Source of the DNA: an uncultured Candidatus Saccharibacteria bacterium
Lineage (GTDB): Bacteria > Patescibacteriota > Minisyncoccia > Phycocordibacterales > DSPV01
Direction: 5' to 3'
Assembly (NCBI GenBank): GCA_964617735.1
Contig: CAZTXT010000001.1
Coordinates: 267,589-331,588 of the forward strand
Length of the DNA stretch: 64,000 nucleotides
In this document: one piece after another, positions 49,190 through 58,282 of the stretch
Layout: each line of letters opens with the position of its first letter
Position numbering within the stretch: the stretch's first letter is position 1
The notes under the pieces: generated by a model
Told to the model about the DNA's origin: nothing
Seen by the model: only the letters and a program-made list of their open reading frames with translations
The model's database searches: none
Position numbers and translations under genes: made by a program

Positions 49190-50965
49190 ATGCTAAACTC
49201 TAAATATACAATGTCAGCATCATCGGAGCTTACTCAATATATAAAGCAGGCTCGTCAGAGTGGCCTTTCGGATGACCAAATTCTTCAGGAACTAGTTCAA
49301 TCTGGCTGGAATCCTACTGATATTAATTCAGCGCTTTCTCTAACGCCGATTTCCCCAATACCCACAGATATTCAATCCTCCGCAGAGATACAGAAACAGA
49401 CCTCGCCTCCTAAAGGTCGACTTTTCTTGACCCCGCTTATATTCTTTATTGTAGTGCTTGGTATAAACGTGTTGATTGGATATCAGCAAGCCGTGCTAAG
49501 TTCTAAAACTTTCATGGTTGGTATGATTGCCACTGTGTTCATCTCGACTGCAGTTTTTAGCCTTCTTACCATTCTAATCAGAAAAATTGGTAATAGATTC
49601 GGCCTAAGGTGGAAAGTTGCGTCTTGGATTCTCGTTTCTTTTTTACCCATTGGGTTTTTAGGGTTTATTTTTTGGGAACAAAATCAAGTTTCACCAAGTG
49701 TGAAGGCTTTTCAGGAAAAGAGTTTTTACAAAACCATTCCAGGTGAATGGAAAACTTACATTAACGAGCCATTTAGCCTTTCGCTTAGATATCCTTCAAC
49801 GATGAAGCTTGATGAGGTTCCTCATTCGTATGGTTTCGATGATGTGTTTACGGTTAACCTCGAGTCTACGATTTCAAGTACAACGGGTGTTGCAGTGACG
49901 GTCAACGCAACAACGGATAAAAGTAAATGTGATGACCTTTGGGCAAATACTTCCCTAATACCTAAAAACTTGTTTACGTATAAGAAAGTCATAAACGGTA
50001 GGGAATTTTTAGTTGGTAGCGCCTCTACATGGACAGCATACGGAAGTGCTATGGAAGTTTTCGGCTATTTTCAACAACTTCCCATTTGCAAGGTTGTAAC
50101 AGCAGCTTTTGTTGTGCCGCTTGATCTAAGTTCATCTACGGTGAAAATCTCAAAACAAGACAATATTTTTTCGGCACGGCAGAAGATCGGCAGTGCAGCC
50201 CAGGACGTTTTGTTCAAAATTGATTACGCGCCCATGCTAGAAACAGCGGAGTCAATCATTGGTTCGATGAGCGACAAAATAATCGATGATGGTTCGGCCA
50301 ATGTTACACATGTGCATGAAAGCGATTCGGCGCTCTATAGTGAAATGACTCGAATTAGCAGTTCTAGACTTGTGGCTTTTCGCATCTACAATTCTAAGTC
50401 CGCCCATTCATATGTAGGGACATGCGAAGATGCTGTTTTCAAGAGTCTGGACCCTGACATGACCTGTCGGGAAAGTCCCAACGAGTTTATTATGTATTAC
50501 AAGATAAATGACAAGTTTGGCTATGCGTGCGGTGATACGAACTGGTATGGGTCAGTCGAAGCTGAACCGACTGGATTTTCTTGCAATGGAGCCCAAACTT
50601 CTTCCGTCTCAAAAGGAGTTTCTGTTGACGGAAAATACAACCACATTAAAACTTCCGAGCCGCAATCCTTTCTGGATTGTGGAATATTAAGTTATAAAGA
50701 TAACACTGAACAACAAGGGGGAATCGGCAACTCTGATTGCTTTAATAAGGCGATCACTTCATGCAAATCTGCTGTAATCTCGGGTGTTGTAGACGGTTTT
50801 GTATCTACATATCGAGTATTTGGAAATCAACAAGGACAATGCAAGCTAACCCAACAATTCTTTAAACAAGTTTCTTCTAATGAGACGCAAAGCGGGCTTG
50901 TTACATGCGATATTAATCCATCGATTGGTTGGTCAAGTATATCCAACTGCATTCAGTCATATTAG
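49190..50965 (+). CDS. Large membrane protein with the N-terminal cytoplasmic helical GW motif and a Cys-rich extracytoplasmic domain; opposite-strand gene inside the atp locus
   Basis: N-terminal ELTQYIKQARQSGLSDDQILQELVQSGWNPTDINSAL (same motif as 7271 and 8138), a Pro-rich linker, three TM helices, then a ~420-aa domain with more than 14 Cys. An alternative start lies at 49211. AT-rich. Confidence 0.6.
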   Translation: MLNSKYTMSASSELTQYIKQARQSGLSDDQILQELVQSGWNPTDINSALSLTPISPIPTDIQSSAEIQKQTSPPKGRLFLTPLIFFIVVLGINVLIGYQQAVLSSKTFMVGMIATVFISTAVFSLLTILIRKIGNRFGLRWKVASWILVSFLPIGFLGFIFWEQNQVSPSVKAFQEKSFYKTIPGEWKTYINEPFSLSLRYPSTMKLDEVPHSYGFDDVFTVNLESTISSTTGVAVTVNATTDKSKCDDLWANTSLIPKNLFTYKKVINGREFLVGSASTWTAYGSAMEVFGYFQQLPICKVVTAAFVVPLDLSSSTVKISKQDNIFSARQKIGSAAQDVLFKIDYAPMLETAESIIGSMSDKIIDDGSANVTHVHESDSALYSEMTRISSSRLVAFRIYNSKSAHSYVGTCEDAVFKSLDPDMTCRESPNEFIMYYKINDKFGYACGDTNWYGSVEAEPTGFSCNGAQTSSVSKGVSVDGKYNHIKTSEPQSFLDCGILSYKDNTEQQGGIGNSDCFNKAITSCKSAVISGVVDGFVSTYRVFGNQQGQCKLTQQFFKQVSSNETQSGLVTCDINPSIGWSSISNCIQSY

Positions 50966-50974
50966 GCACTTTAT

Positions 50975-51075
50975 ATTTTAATGGCGCTTCAGCGCGTGTA
51001 AAACTTGAGAACGCGACCATCGCGAGTGTCGCGAAAATGAGCGCTTGGTTGAAAACAATCGGAATGTTTGCATAA
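50975..51075 (-). pseudogene. Orphan duplicate of the atpB 3' end (encodes QALIFATLAMVAFSSFTRAE)
   Basis: A 36-nt core (51006-51041) is identical to 52265-52300. Flanking codons differ from atpB only synonymously across 20 residues. Nothing atpB-like lies upstream of the fragment. Confidence 0.7.
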
Positions 51076-51169
51076 TTCACTATAATGTGACATTGTTGCA
51101 TCAGAAACTGTGCCGTGAGCACGGTGGCGGTTCGTTGAAAACACAATCAAGTCAGAAACGGAGGTCTAT

Positions 51170-51856
51170 ATGACTAACGAGAGGGAAGAGAAAGTCAGCG
51201 AGTCGCTGCTCGTTTTCATTGATTTTCTTCATGCGGTTGTATTCGGTCTCATTGTGTCCGAAGCAGTTGAGAAGACACTTCTGGAGGGTTCAATACCCAC
51301 AGGAGAGAAGATCGGCAGACTAGTCATGCTCCTCGCGGCCTTTTATTTTCTCACATGGGATTGGATTCACGGACGGTTACTCACCCTGCGTAATCCCTAC
51401 ACCCGCTACTTGAGATTTTTTCTCGAGATTCTTATTGCGGCGTGTGGCTACGGCGTAGCATTAACGGCTCTTGCTAGAAGTATGAATATGCTTCTGTTCA
51501 TCGCAGCGATCCTTTTACTTGGTGCAGGATGGGCCAAGATAACCATGCTGGAGCATCCGCAAAGTGCGGATATGGGGGAGTTGAGAACCGTACTATGGGG
51601 ACAATTGCTTGTGATCTTGTTGACTCTTGGATTCTATGCTTATAACCTTCGTTTTCACCACGGTAGCACGGGCATTCCACAAGGATTAATTATCCTTGTA
51701 GGAGGTTGGTTTATGGTTTTGTTCTACGAGCTTGCGGTCGAGCGGCGGGAACAAGGGATCCTTGGTGGTCCTAGTGTACCATTTCTACCAAATCCATTGA
51801 TTGATAGTTGGCGAAAGAACATCCGCGTTTGGTACGCGAAACAGAAAGGAAGATGA
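51170..51856 (+). CDS. Hypothetical polytopic membrane protein (cassette gene 1)
   Basis: 228 aa with about 6 TM helices. Lies between the atpB 3'-end duplicate and atpB. Confidence 0.5.
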   Translation: MTNEREEKVSESLLVFIDFLHAVVFGLIVSEAVEKTLLEGSIPTGEKIGRLVMLLAAFYFLTWDWIHGRLLTLRNPYTRYLRFFLEILIAACGYGVALTALARSMNMLLFIAAILLLGAGWAKITMLEHPQSADMGELRTVLWGQLLVILLTLGFYAYNLRFHHGSTGIPQGLIILVGGWFMVLFYELAVERREQGILGGPSVPFLPNPLIDSWRKNIRVWYAKQKGR

Positions 51857-51859
51857 AAG

Positions 51860-52159
51860 ATGAAAGTTGCACAAAAAAAGTCCGAGCGCGAGAAAGAAGC
51901 GCTCCGATGGTTCCTCTTCATAGCATGGATAAACTGCGTAATACCTCTTCTGGTTTTACTGGTGGGGTTAATCGTCGCGAAATTCGTTGAGGGAACAACC
52001 TGGACATCGGTTATTGTAACAATGATCGGATTTGTTTTACTCATTGTAGGGATCTTCGGTGGTTTAGGTCTATGGTTCTATCATTCAGGGGAATCATTTC
52101 CTTCGTGGGTATACGAGGGTAAGGCAGGACCAAGAGACTATAGTTCTTCAAAAAAATGA
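51860..52159 (+). CDS. Hypothetical small membrane protein (cassette gene 2)
   Basis: 99 aa with 3 TM helices. Starts 4 nt after the upstream stop. Confidence 0.45.
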   Translation: MKVAQKKSEREKEALRWFLFIAWINCVIPLLVLLVGLIVAKFVEGTTWTSVIVTMIGFVLLIVGIFGGLGLWFYHSGESFPSWVYEGKAGPRDYSSSKK

Positions 52160-52196
52160 GGTAGAGATTTTGAACATCATTTTCTTTACCTTACAC

Positions 52197-52226
52197 GGGC
52201 TGGCACTCCGCCAGCCCTTTTTCTTT
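52197..52226 (+). terminator. Rho-independent terminator for the plus-strand cassette
   Basis: GGGCTGGC-ACTCC-GCCAGCCC followed by TTTTTCTTT. Lies 11 nt from the atpB stop on the other strand. Confidence 0.75.
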
Positions 52227-52237
52227 GCCTGGATTTT

Positions 52238-52969
52238 TTAGTGCCCCTCGGCGCGGGTGAAGGATGAGAACGCGACCATCGCGAGTGTCGCGAAAATGAG
52301 GGCTTGGATAAAGCCCACAAAAAGTTCAAGGCCGAGGAAGGGAACCGGGGCGACGTAGGGGACGAGCATACCCATAATGATCAAGAGGACTTCACCGGCG
52401 AAGATGTTGCCGAACAATCGGAACGAGAGCGAGATGATTTTTGAGAGTTCGCTGATGATTTCAAGGATTCCCGTGAATGCGGCTATAGGACCCTTAAAGG
52501 TGATGAATTTGCCGAGATGGTGTTTAGCGCCGACGGTCATGAGGCCGTAGATATGCGAAAGGACGACCGTGATGAGCGCGAGCGCGAGCGTCATGTTCAC
52601 ATCAGAGTGCACCGAGCGGAAGAGAGGGACGAATTCACCATTGATCGTAGTGCCGATAGAGCCGATGCCCGGAAGCGTGCCGAGCCAGTTTGAGCAGAGG
52701 ACGAAAAGGAAAATAGTCGCGACGATAGGGAAGAAGCGCTCGGCTGTTTTGCGATCGCCCGCGATGGTTTCTACGAATTTCAGGAATTGCTCGATGATGA
52801 CTTCGACGAAGTTTTGGAGTTTGCCGGGTACATGCTTGAGCCCATTCGAGACGACGAGCGAGAGAACGATGAGGAAAATAGCAACGAGCCAGCCTGTCAG
52901 CATCGTGTTAGTAACCGGCAGGGGCCCGATATGAAAAAGCGTCTCCGCGACTATTGAGATGTGTTCCAT
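52238..52969 (-). CDS. atpB: F0F1 ATP synthase subunit a
   Basis: Conserved LSFRLFGNIFAGEVLL helix with the essential Arg. 5-6 TM helices. 243 aa. Confidence 0.9.
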   Translation of the reverse strand: MEHISIVAETLFHIGPLPVTNTMLTGWLVAIFLIVLSLVVSNGLKHVPGKLQNFVEVIIEQFLKFVETIAGDRKTAERFFPIVATIFLFVLCSNWLGTLPGIGSIGTTINGEFVPLFRSVHSDVNMTLALALITVVLSHIYGLMTVGAKHHLGKFITFKGPIAAFTGILEIISELSKIISLSFRLFGNIFAGEVLLIIMGMLVPYVAPVPFLGLELFVGFIQALIFATLAMVAFSSFTRAEGH

Positions 52970-53343
52970 AGCCGCAATTTTACACTATTTGAGCCCTTTC
53001 GCCAGATTCGTTTGACATCCGTTTATTTGAAGCATAGACTTTTTGTAGATCATGGTTTGAATATCTATCGCTTAAGTCCTGCGAAAGCGGGGTTGGGCTA
53101 AAGCGAGTCCTTAAGGGCAAGATGGTTCTTGCATACCGTAAACTCGGGACGTGAGAATCCGGTATCCTCCGTAATCATAGGAAAACCGATGTCGCTTGAA
53201 TGAGCGGAGTCGGCAAGGCCCTCTTCTTATTAAGAGGGTAAATCAAGGTGGCACCGCGGTGAAATCCCGCCCTTGTTGCACAGAGATATCTGCGCGCTGA
53301 GGGCAGGATTTTATTTTGGTCCCAGTTCTTTAGAGAGGTCAAT

Positions 53344-53640
53344 ATGAGTAAATCAAATCCAGTATGCAGTGGAAAAACGGAAGGGTACTTTTGTTCTTGG
53401 AGAGAGCTTAAGATGAACTATGACAGTACGATCGGGCAAACTGACCGCGTCGAGGTGTATGTCTGTCCGTGGTGCGGCTACACGAGCTTCTTGGTGACAT
53501 TCACATTCAAACCTATGCCGCATCGACAGGCCGATAGTGTGCCGAAGGGGAAATATTTCTGCGAGCATTGCGGATGGGGAACCGACTGCCCAGAGTGTCC
53601 TAGTTGCAGGAGGGATTTACGGAAGGCGAGAGGATGGTGA
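53344..53640 (+). CDS. Small Cys-rich (multi-CxxC) zinc-ribbon protein
   Basis: 98 aa with CSGKTEGYFC, CPWC, CEHC, CPEC and C..C. AGAGAGG lies 6 nt upstream of the ATG. Its own terminator follows at 53655-53688 (GCGCCG-loop-CGGCGC then TTTTATTT). Confidence 0.5.
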   Translation: MSKSNPVCSGKTEGYFCSWRELKMNYDSTIGQTDRVEVYVCPWCGYTSFLVTFTFKPMPHRQADSVPKGKYFCEHCGWGTDCPECPSCRRDLRKARGW

Positions 53641-53681
53641 CCCTCTGACATGTTTTGCGCCGTGCTTATGCGCGGCGCATT

Positions 53682-53924
53682 TTATTTGAGTATTTTTGAA
53701 ATCTTGCGATAGACAATCGTAGTAGAGGTAAATGCAGCAAGGACAACGCCTGCGACTAGAAGCCATGGTGTCGTGCCGAAGTATTTATCAGCATATCTGC
53801 CGGCCAGCGCAAAAATTACGAGCGGAATCGCGATTTGAAACCCAAGCTCCCACGCCAACGCCCACACGCTAAGAATTTTCTGCTTAGTGGCAGGTAATTC
53901 TTGATCCATTTCTTTTGAATCCAT
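53682..53924 (-). CDS. atpZ: AtpZ/AtpI-like small membrane protein (putative F0F1-ATPase gene-1 family)
   Basis: LGFQIAIPLVIFALAGRYADKYFGTTPWLLVAGVVLAAF fits the AtpZ two-helix consensus LG.e....vl.G...G..lD.k..TsP.f.l.gl.lG. Same strand as atpB and upstream of it. Confidence 0.55.
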   Translation of the reverse strand: MDSKEMDQELPATKQKILSVWALAWELGFQIAIPLVIFALAGRYADKYFGTTPWLLVAGVVLAAFTSTTIVYRKISKILK

Positions 53925-54024
53925 TGTTCAATTGTAGTAGAAGAAATCTTTATTACAAACTGCGTTTTTGTCGAATCACACCTGTGCATAATTGGAATGT
54001 AAAGCATGATAGAATTTAATTAAT

Positions 54025-54333
54025 ATGAAATCCTGGAAACAGTGGCCATATTGGTTGAAGGGAGGGTTAGTGGGAGGAGGAATCGCAACTTTGTTTGCGT
54101 TGCTTTTTGATTTATGCACATCTGGTGTGATGGGTGATATAGGTTATGGTTGTGTATATTTCCTCGCGTTTCAATTCTTTCCTCTTACATGGTTTAGTAA
54201 CTTTATGGGTTCATTGTGGAATTTATATTATCCATCGCTTTGGGAAGGAATCGTAGTTTGGTTTATCATCGGTTCGTTAATTGGTTTATTAGTCGACATT
54301 TTGAAAAAAAGAAAAAAGGATTCGCTTATATAA
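54025..54333 (+). CDS. Hypothetical small membrane protein
   Basis: 102 aa, 3 TM helices, ends KKRKKDSLI. Confidence 0.4.
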   Translation: MKSWKQWPYWLKGGLVGGGIATLFALLFDLCTSGVMGDIGYGCVYFLAFQFFPLTWFSNFMGSLWNLYYPSLWEGIVVWFIIGSLIGLLVDILKKRKKDSLI

Positions 54334-54350
54334 ACGAATCCTTTGTGTTT
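54318..54350. terminator. Bidirectional terminator between convergent genes
   Basis: GGATTCG-CTTATATAAA-CGAATCC flanked by an A-run upstream and TTTGTGTTTG downstream. Confidence 0.6.
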
Positions 54351-54364
54351 GTGAGAGAAAAGAA

Positions 54365-56887
54365 CTAGGGTACTGCTGCACGGAAGAACTGTTGGGGTGC
54401 TAATTGTGGATTTGGATCAACAAATGGAACAACACCGTTTGTATTAACTAAGACAGCGATACTCTTCCAGTCATGCAGATTTGTCGATGCTTCAAGCCGG
54501 TAAGTATAACCTGCTGGCCCAACAAGCTTGAATGCCGGTTGCCTATTAGTCGTGATTTCCATTACCGACAACGAGAACTTGTCGGGAACATCGACGAAAC
54601 CAAATATGACGTTCGTGATCATTGCTACTGACGAGACGTTAGTGTATGAGTCAACCCTGAATCCAAGGACATGAATGCCATTAGTTGTCTTTGGGAGCAT
54701 AAAGGTGTATTGCCGTAACCCGGATTGAGCCACTCGTTCGTCTACTGAACCGACAACGTCTGTGTCCCAAAAAACCGTTAAAAGTTCTCTAGATTCGTTA
54801 ACGCCAGAGAACTTTTCCTCAAATGAGACAAGATTCACAGGATTTGTTGTGTCAACGAAAAACGCAACCCATGCAGGTGAATGAGGTATCACAGATAATC
54901 CGTAACCATCTATCACGAATCCATCCCTTGGATTGCCAATGATCGTGAGTGTACTCAAGTCCTTCCGTTGCCCCCAAAGTAGATCCGATGATCTCGGGTC
55001 CGGCAAACAATTAGGGTCTGCTGTCCCTAGTTTCTCGGGTGGATCGTTGTGCACTGTGTAATTTGTTGAGGCGAATAGCCAATTGCCCCCTTCTACACTC
55101 AATGGGAAACCAAACCCCCGGTAATCAGAATTTACAATTCCCACTACAGTGTTCGAATAAAAGTTAATGGGCCAATCGTGCAGACTTGTCGCTCGGTTGC
55201 ACGCAATGATTTCCCCCGTCAACCCTTCTGGTACCGAGGCGTATCCTACAATACTTTTCTTGTAAGGATCAAGAAAAGTAACATCCACTGCATAAGCATA
55301 CTCCATGGGGCCACTTGTTAGTGTAAGAAGGCCAGTGTTTTGAGTATCCGTGTCGTAGCAGAAGTAGCTGTCTGACCAATTAGCTTTGTGTCCGTATTTT
55401 TGCCTCCCTTTGTAACCTAATCCTACATCTGGATCCAGAAACGTCTCATGAATTATCGTATTGGGAACATTACTCTTTATTATTTCAGTAGTTGCTTGAA
55501 TCAGCGCTGATCCAGCACTGTGTGCGATAAAATGAATATATACCCAATTCGCTGGAGTCAAACTCTTGCCGAGCGAGTTACCTTCCCTTTCTGCTCGACC
55601 AAGAACAGTGTCAAGCAAGATCTCTTTTAGGTCTGATTTGGCACCTTCTACCCACTTATACCCAGCGACTTGCCAGTTATCTAGGGCAGGACTGTGATCT
55701 GCCAAGTAGAGAGCGATAGAGTTTGACATCGCATCAACCCAATCAGTTGATTCTGCGACAGTATTCTCTCGCCACGAAGGTATCGCCCCGTGTGTGATTA
55801 ATATCAGACTATCCTTCCCAGGTTCTCGTGTTGGACAAGTCCCGTAGACTGGCTGTGGCTGGGAGACCAAACACCAAGGCATAAGTGGATTTAGTAGATA
55901 GGCGTGATAAAGGCCAGATGAATTTCTACCTCTCCCGACGATTTGGCCGAGGTCGTTTATTGCATTTCCACCTTCGATTGACCATTCTGAAGTTGGGTCT
56001 ATGAGCTCATTTATATGCCTCATCGAGCCGTTGTAGTATAGGAATCCTTGATATTGGTCCTCACCAACCACTTTCCCGTCAGAGTTTATCCCGCGAGCGA
56101 AGGTGTTATTTCCTCCCAAAGTGCCCAAGTCTTGCATGGTGCCGTTTGAGTATAGGAATGGATGTTCGTATACAGTACCGTTAACGTAGGTGACGCCAGT
56201 GATCTGGCCGTTGTTGTTGATGCCGTTTGCTGTACTCCAGCTACCGCCAAGGGATCCTAGATCATATGTCAACCCGTTTGAGTACAAAAAGGCATGGAGA
56301 CGACCATTGGTGCTTGCTTCCCCAACAACTTGCCCAATTGCATTGATCGCATAACCATAACTGTCGTTTCCGTCTATCGTCCCGAGGTCTTGCATCGAGC
56401 CATTGAAGTACAGAAATGCTCGAGCGTGAGTGCCACTTCCAGCATAGCCAGCAATTTGTCCGCTATCGTTAATAGCGTATCCCCAGCTCCAGTTATTACT
56501 CCCAGAGAATGTACCTAAGTCTTGCATACTCCCCGCAGCATACTTGAATGCATGAGAGTAAGTGGCATTAATGTGGGAATAACCAACTATAATTCCGTTG
56601 TTATTGATCCCCCGAGCAACGCTCTGAGGGCCTCCCAAGGTGCCCAGGTCTCGCATCACGTTGTTTGAGTACAGGAAAGCATGCAACGCGCCATTGCTCG
56701 TCAGCGAAGAGCCGACAACCTCTCCCTTGTTGTTTATTCCATATGCCTCACTCCAATTACCCCCTAAAGTGCCGAGATCAACTACCTGATAGGAGACTTG
56801 TGCGGCGGCATCGATTAATTGGAGGGATAGTATCCCAATTGTCCATGTGCTGTAGACATTCAGTTTCTTTTTTGTCGTCATAGCCAT
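54365..56887 (-). CDS. Secreted HAF-repeat protein with a C-terminal lipase/esterase-like alpha/beta-hydrolase domain
   Basis: Signal peptide. At least 9 repeats of DLGTLGG..S.A.GINN.GQVVG......HAFLY.NG.M. The C-terminal region carries [13 protein letters not shown], an AHSxG nucleophile elbow of the Bacillus-lipase type. Confidence 0.7.
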   Translation of the reverse strand: MAMTTKKKLNVYSTWTIGILSLQLIDAAAQVSYQVVDLGTLGGNWSEAYGINNKGEVVGSSLTSNGALHAFLYSNNVMRDLGTLGGPQSVARGINNNGIIVGYSHINATYSHAFKYAAGSMQDLGTFSGSNNWSWGYAINDSGQIAGYAGSGTHARAFLYFNGSMQDLGTIDGNDSYGYAINAIGQVVGEASTNGRLHAFLYSNGLTYDLGSLGGSWSTANGINNNGQITGVTYVNGTVYEHPFLYSNGTMQDLGTLGGNNTFARGINSDGKVVGEDQYQGFLYYNGSMRHINELIDPTSEWSIEGGNAINDLGQIVGRGRNSSGLYHAYLLNPLMPWCLVSQPQPVYGTCPTREPGKDSLILITHGAIPSWRENTVAESTDWVDAMSNSIALYLADHSPALDNWQVAGYKWVEGAKSDLKEILLDTVLGRAEREGNSLGKSLTPANWVYIHFIAHSAGSALIQATTEIIKSNVPNTIIHETFLDPDVGLGYKGRQKYGHKANWSDSYFCYDTDTQNTGLLTLTSGPMEYAYAVDVTFLDPYKKSIVGYASVPEGLTGEIIACNRATSLHDWPINFYSNTVVGIVNSDYRGFGFPLSVEGGNWLFASTNYTVHNDPPEKLGTADPNCLPDPRSSDLLWGQRKDLSTLTIIGNPRDGFVIDGYGLSVIPHSPAWVAFFVDTTNPVNLVSFEEKFSGVNESRELLTVFWDTDVVGSVDERVAQSGLRQYTFMLPKTTNGIHVLGFRVDSYTNVSSVAMITNVIFGFVDVPDKFSLSVMEITTNRQPAFKLVGPAGYTYRLEASTNLHDWKSIAVLVNTNGVVPFVDPNPQLAPQQFFRAAVP

Positions 56888-57029
56888 TGAATTTTCAAAG
56901 TTCCGTTTTTACCCTTATGTCTGCTTACTCAAGCAGTTGGGTGTTCTTGTATTAAAATATAACGGAAATGCATTTTTGGGTAGGGATTAGGTTTGATGTT
57001 CAACTAACTGATTCCTTGCTAGAATTAAG

Positions 57030-58277
57030 TTGCCCGATTGGAAATTTGGAGGAATGAATTCCACCGAACTCAAGAAGACCCTCGACTTTATTGAGGATAA
57101 AATTGCTTATCCTGATATCTTTACTATTGAAGGAGCTTCGACAAATCCGGAAATTACTATTGATGGCAGGAAAGTTCTGATTTTTTGTTCAAATAATTAT
57201 CTTAGCGTTGCTACAGATCCTCGAATTAAGGAGGAAATGAAAAGAGCTGTGGAAAAGTATGGTATGGGTTCGGGGGGATCCCGACTTGTCTCTGGCAATA
57301 TCTACATACAAGGGGAGTTAGAGAGGAAGATAGCAGAATTTAAGGGTACAGAAGATGCTATAACCTTTTCGACTGGCTATATGGCTAATGAGGGAACAAT
57401 CCCCGCTCTTTTGCAACCTCCGGGCACATCTCTTTTTAATTATTTCAAAAATAAGACGTTCCTACGTGACTCCGCTTTAGTTCTCAGTGATGAGCTTAAC
57501 CATGCGAGCATCGTCGACGGTACCAGGCTTTCCAGGGCTGACAAGATTATTTACAAGCATCGAGATATGGCTGATTTAGAGAAAGCTTTACGTCGCTCTG
57601 GAAAATATAAAAGAAAATTGATTGTTACAGACGGGGTGTTTAGCATGGACGGAGACATAGCTCCACTTGATGAAATTATGAGCATATCTAAGAGATATGC
57701 TGCTATTGTTATGGTTGATGATGCTCACGCGACCGGAGTACTAGGCGATAGTGGTAAGGGGACCGCAGAGTATTTTAAGTTAAAGGACCATCCAGAAGTC
57801 ACCATGGGTACGTTCACGAAAGTTTTTGGAGGGGTCGGCGGTTTTGTTGCGGGCTCAAAAGATCTTATTAAATACCTTCGGGTAACAGCGCGCCCATATA
57901 TATTTTCAGCTCCTATTCCCCCTGTTATAGCCTGTGGTTTGCTCAGGGCAATAGATATTGTTTCTAGCGAGCCCCAAAGGAGAATACGATTATGGTCTAA
58001 CATCAATTATTTAAAGAATAGACTTGATGAGCATGGCTTTAACACCCTGAGAAGCGAGACGCAAATCATACCTATATTTATAGGAGAAGAAAAAAAGGCA
58101 ATTCTCGTTTCCCGCAGGCTCCTTGAGCTAGGCTATTTTCTACCCTGCATTCGTTGGCCAGCCGTAGAGCGTGGGAAAAGTAGACTACGTTTAACATTGA
58201 TGGCTGATCACACGAAAGAGCACATTGATGGATTGTTAAGGGCGCTTATTTCAGTAAAAGATCAAGTTCGCTTTTAA
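57030..58277 (+). CDS. PLP-dependent alpha-oxoamine synthase family acyltransferase (BioF/Kbl/SPT-like)
   Basis: Class-II aminotransferase fold. The DDAHATGVLGDSGKG and GTFTKVFGGVGGFVAG blocks (PLP-lysine region) are typical of 8-amino-7-oxononanoate synthase and serine palmitoyltransferase. AT-rich. Confidence 0.75.
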   Translation: MPDWKFGGMNSTELKKTLDFIEDKIAYPDIFTIEGASTNPEITIDGRKVLIFCSNNYLSVATDPRIKEEMKRAVEKYGMGSGGSRLVSGNIYIQGELERKIAEFKGTEDAITFSTGYMANEGTIPALLQPPGTSLFNYFKNKTFLRDSALVLSDELNHASIVDGTRLSRADKIIYKHRDMADLEKALRRSGKYKRKLIVTDGVFSMDGDIAPLDEIMSISKRYAAIVMVDDAHATGVLGDSGKGTAEYFKLKDHPEVTMGTFTKVFGGVGGFVAGSKDLIKYLRVTARPYIFSAPIPPVIACGLLRAIDIVSSEPQRRIRLWSNINYLKNRLDEHGFNTLRSETQIIPIFIGEEKKAILVSRRLLELGYFLPCIRWPAVERGKSRLRLTLMADHTKEHIDGLLRALISVKDQVRF

Positions 58278-58282
58278 ATTAG

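Noticed and set aside
50913-51146. ORF 50913..51146 (-) as a real gene
   Set aside because: Only its last 20 codons are atpB-like and the upstream part has no atpB similarity. It is treated as a pseudogene fragment or repeat rather than a functional CDS.
52970-53343. Possible RNase P RNA, SRP RNA, tmRNA or riboswitch in the atpB upstream spacer
   Set aside because: I could not find the conserved cores (GGAAAGTCCGGGCTCC for P4, AGGTCAGGTCCGGAAGGAAGCAGC for SRP, tmRNA tRNA-like ends, or TPP/cobalamin/c-di-GMP boxes) on either strand. Kept only as a low-interest finding.
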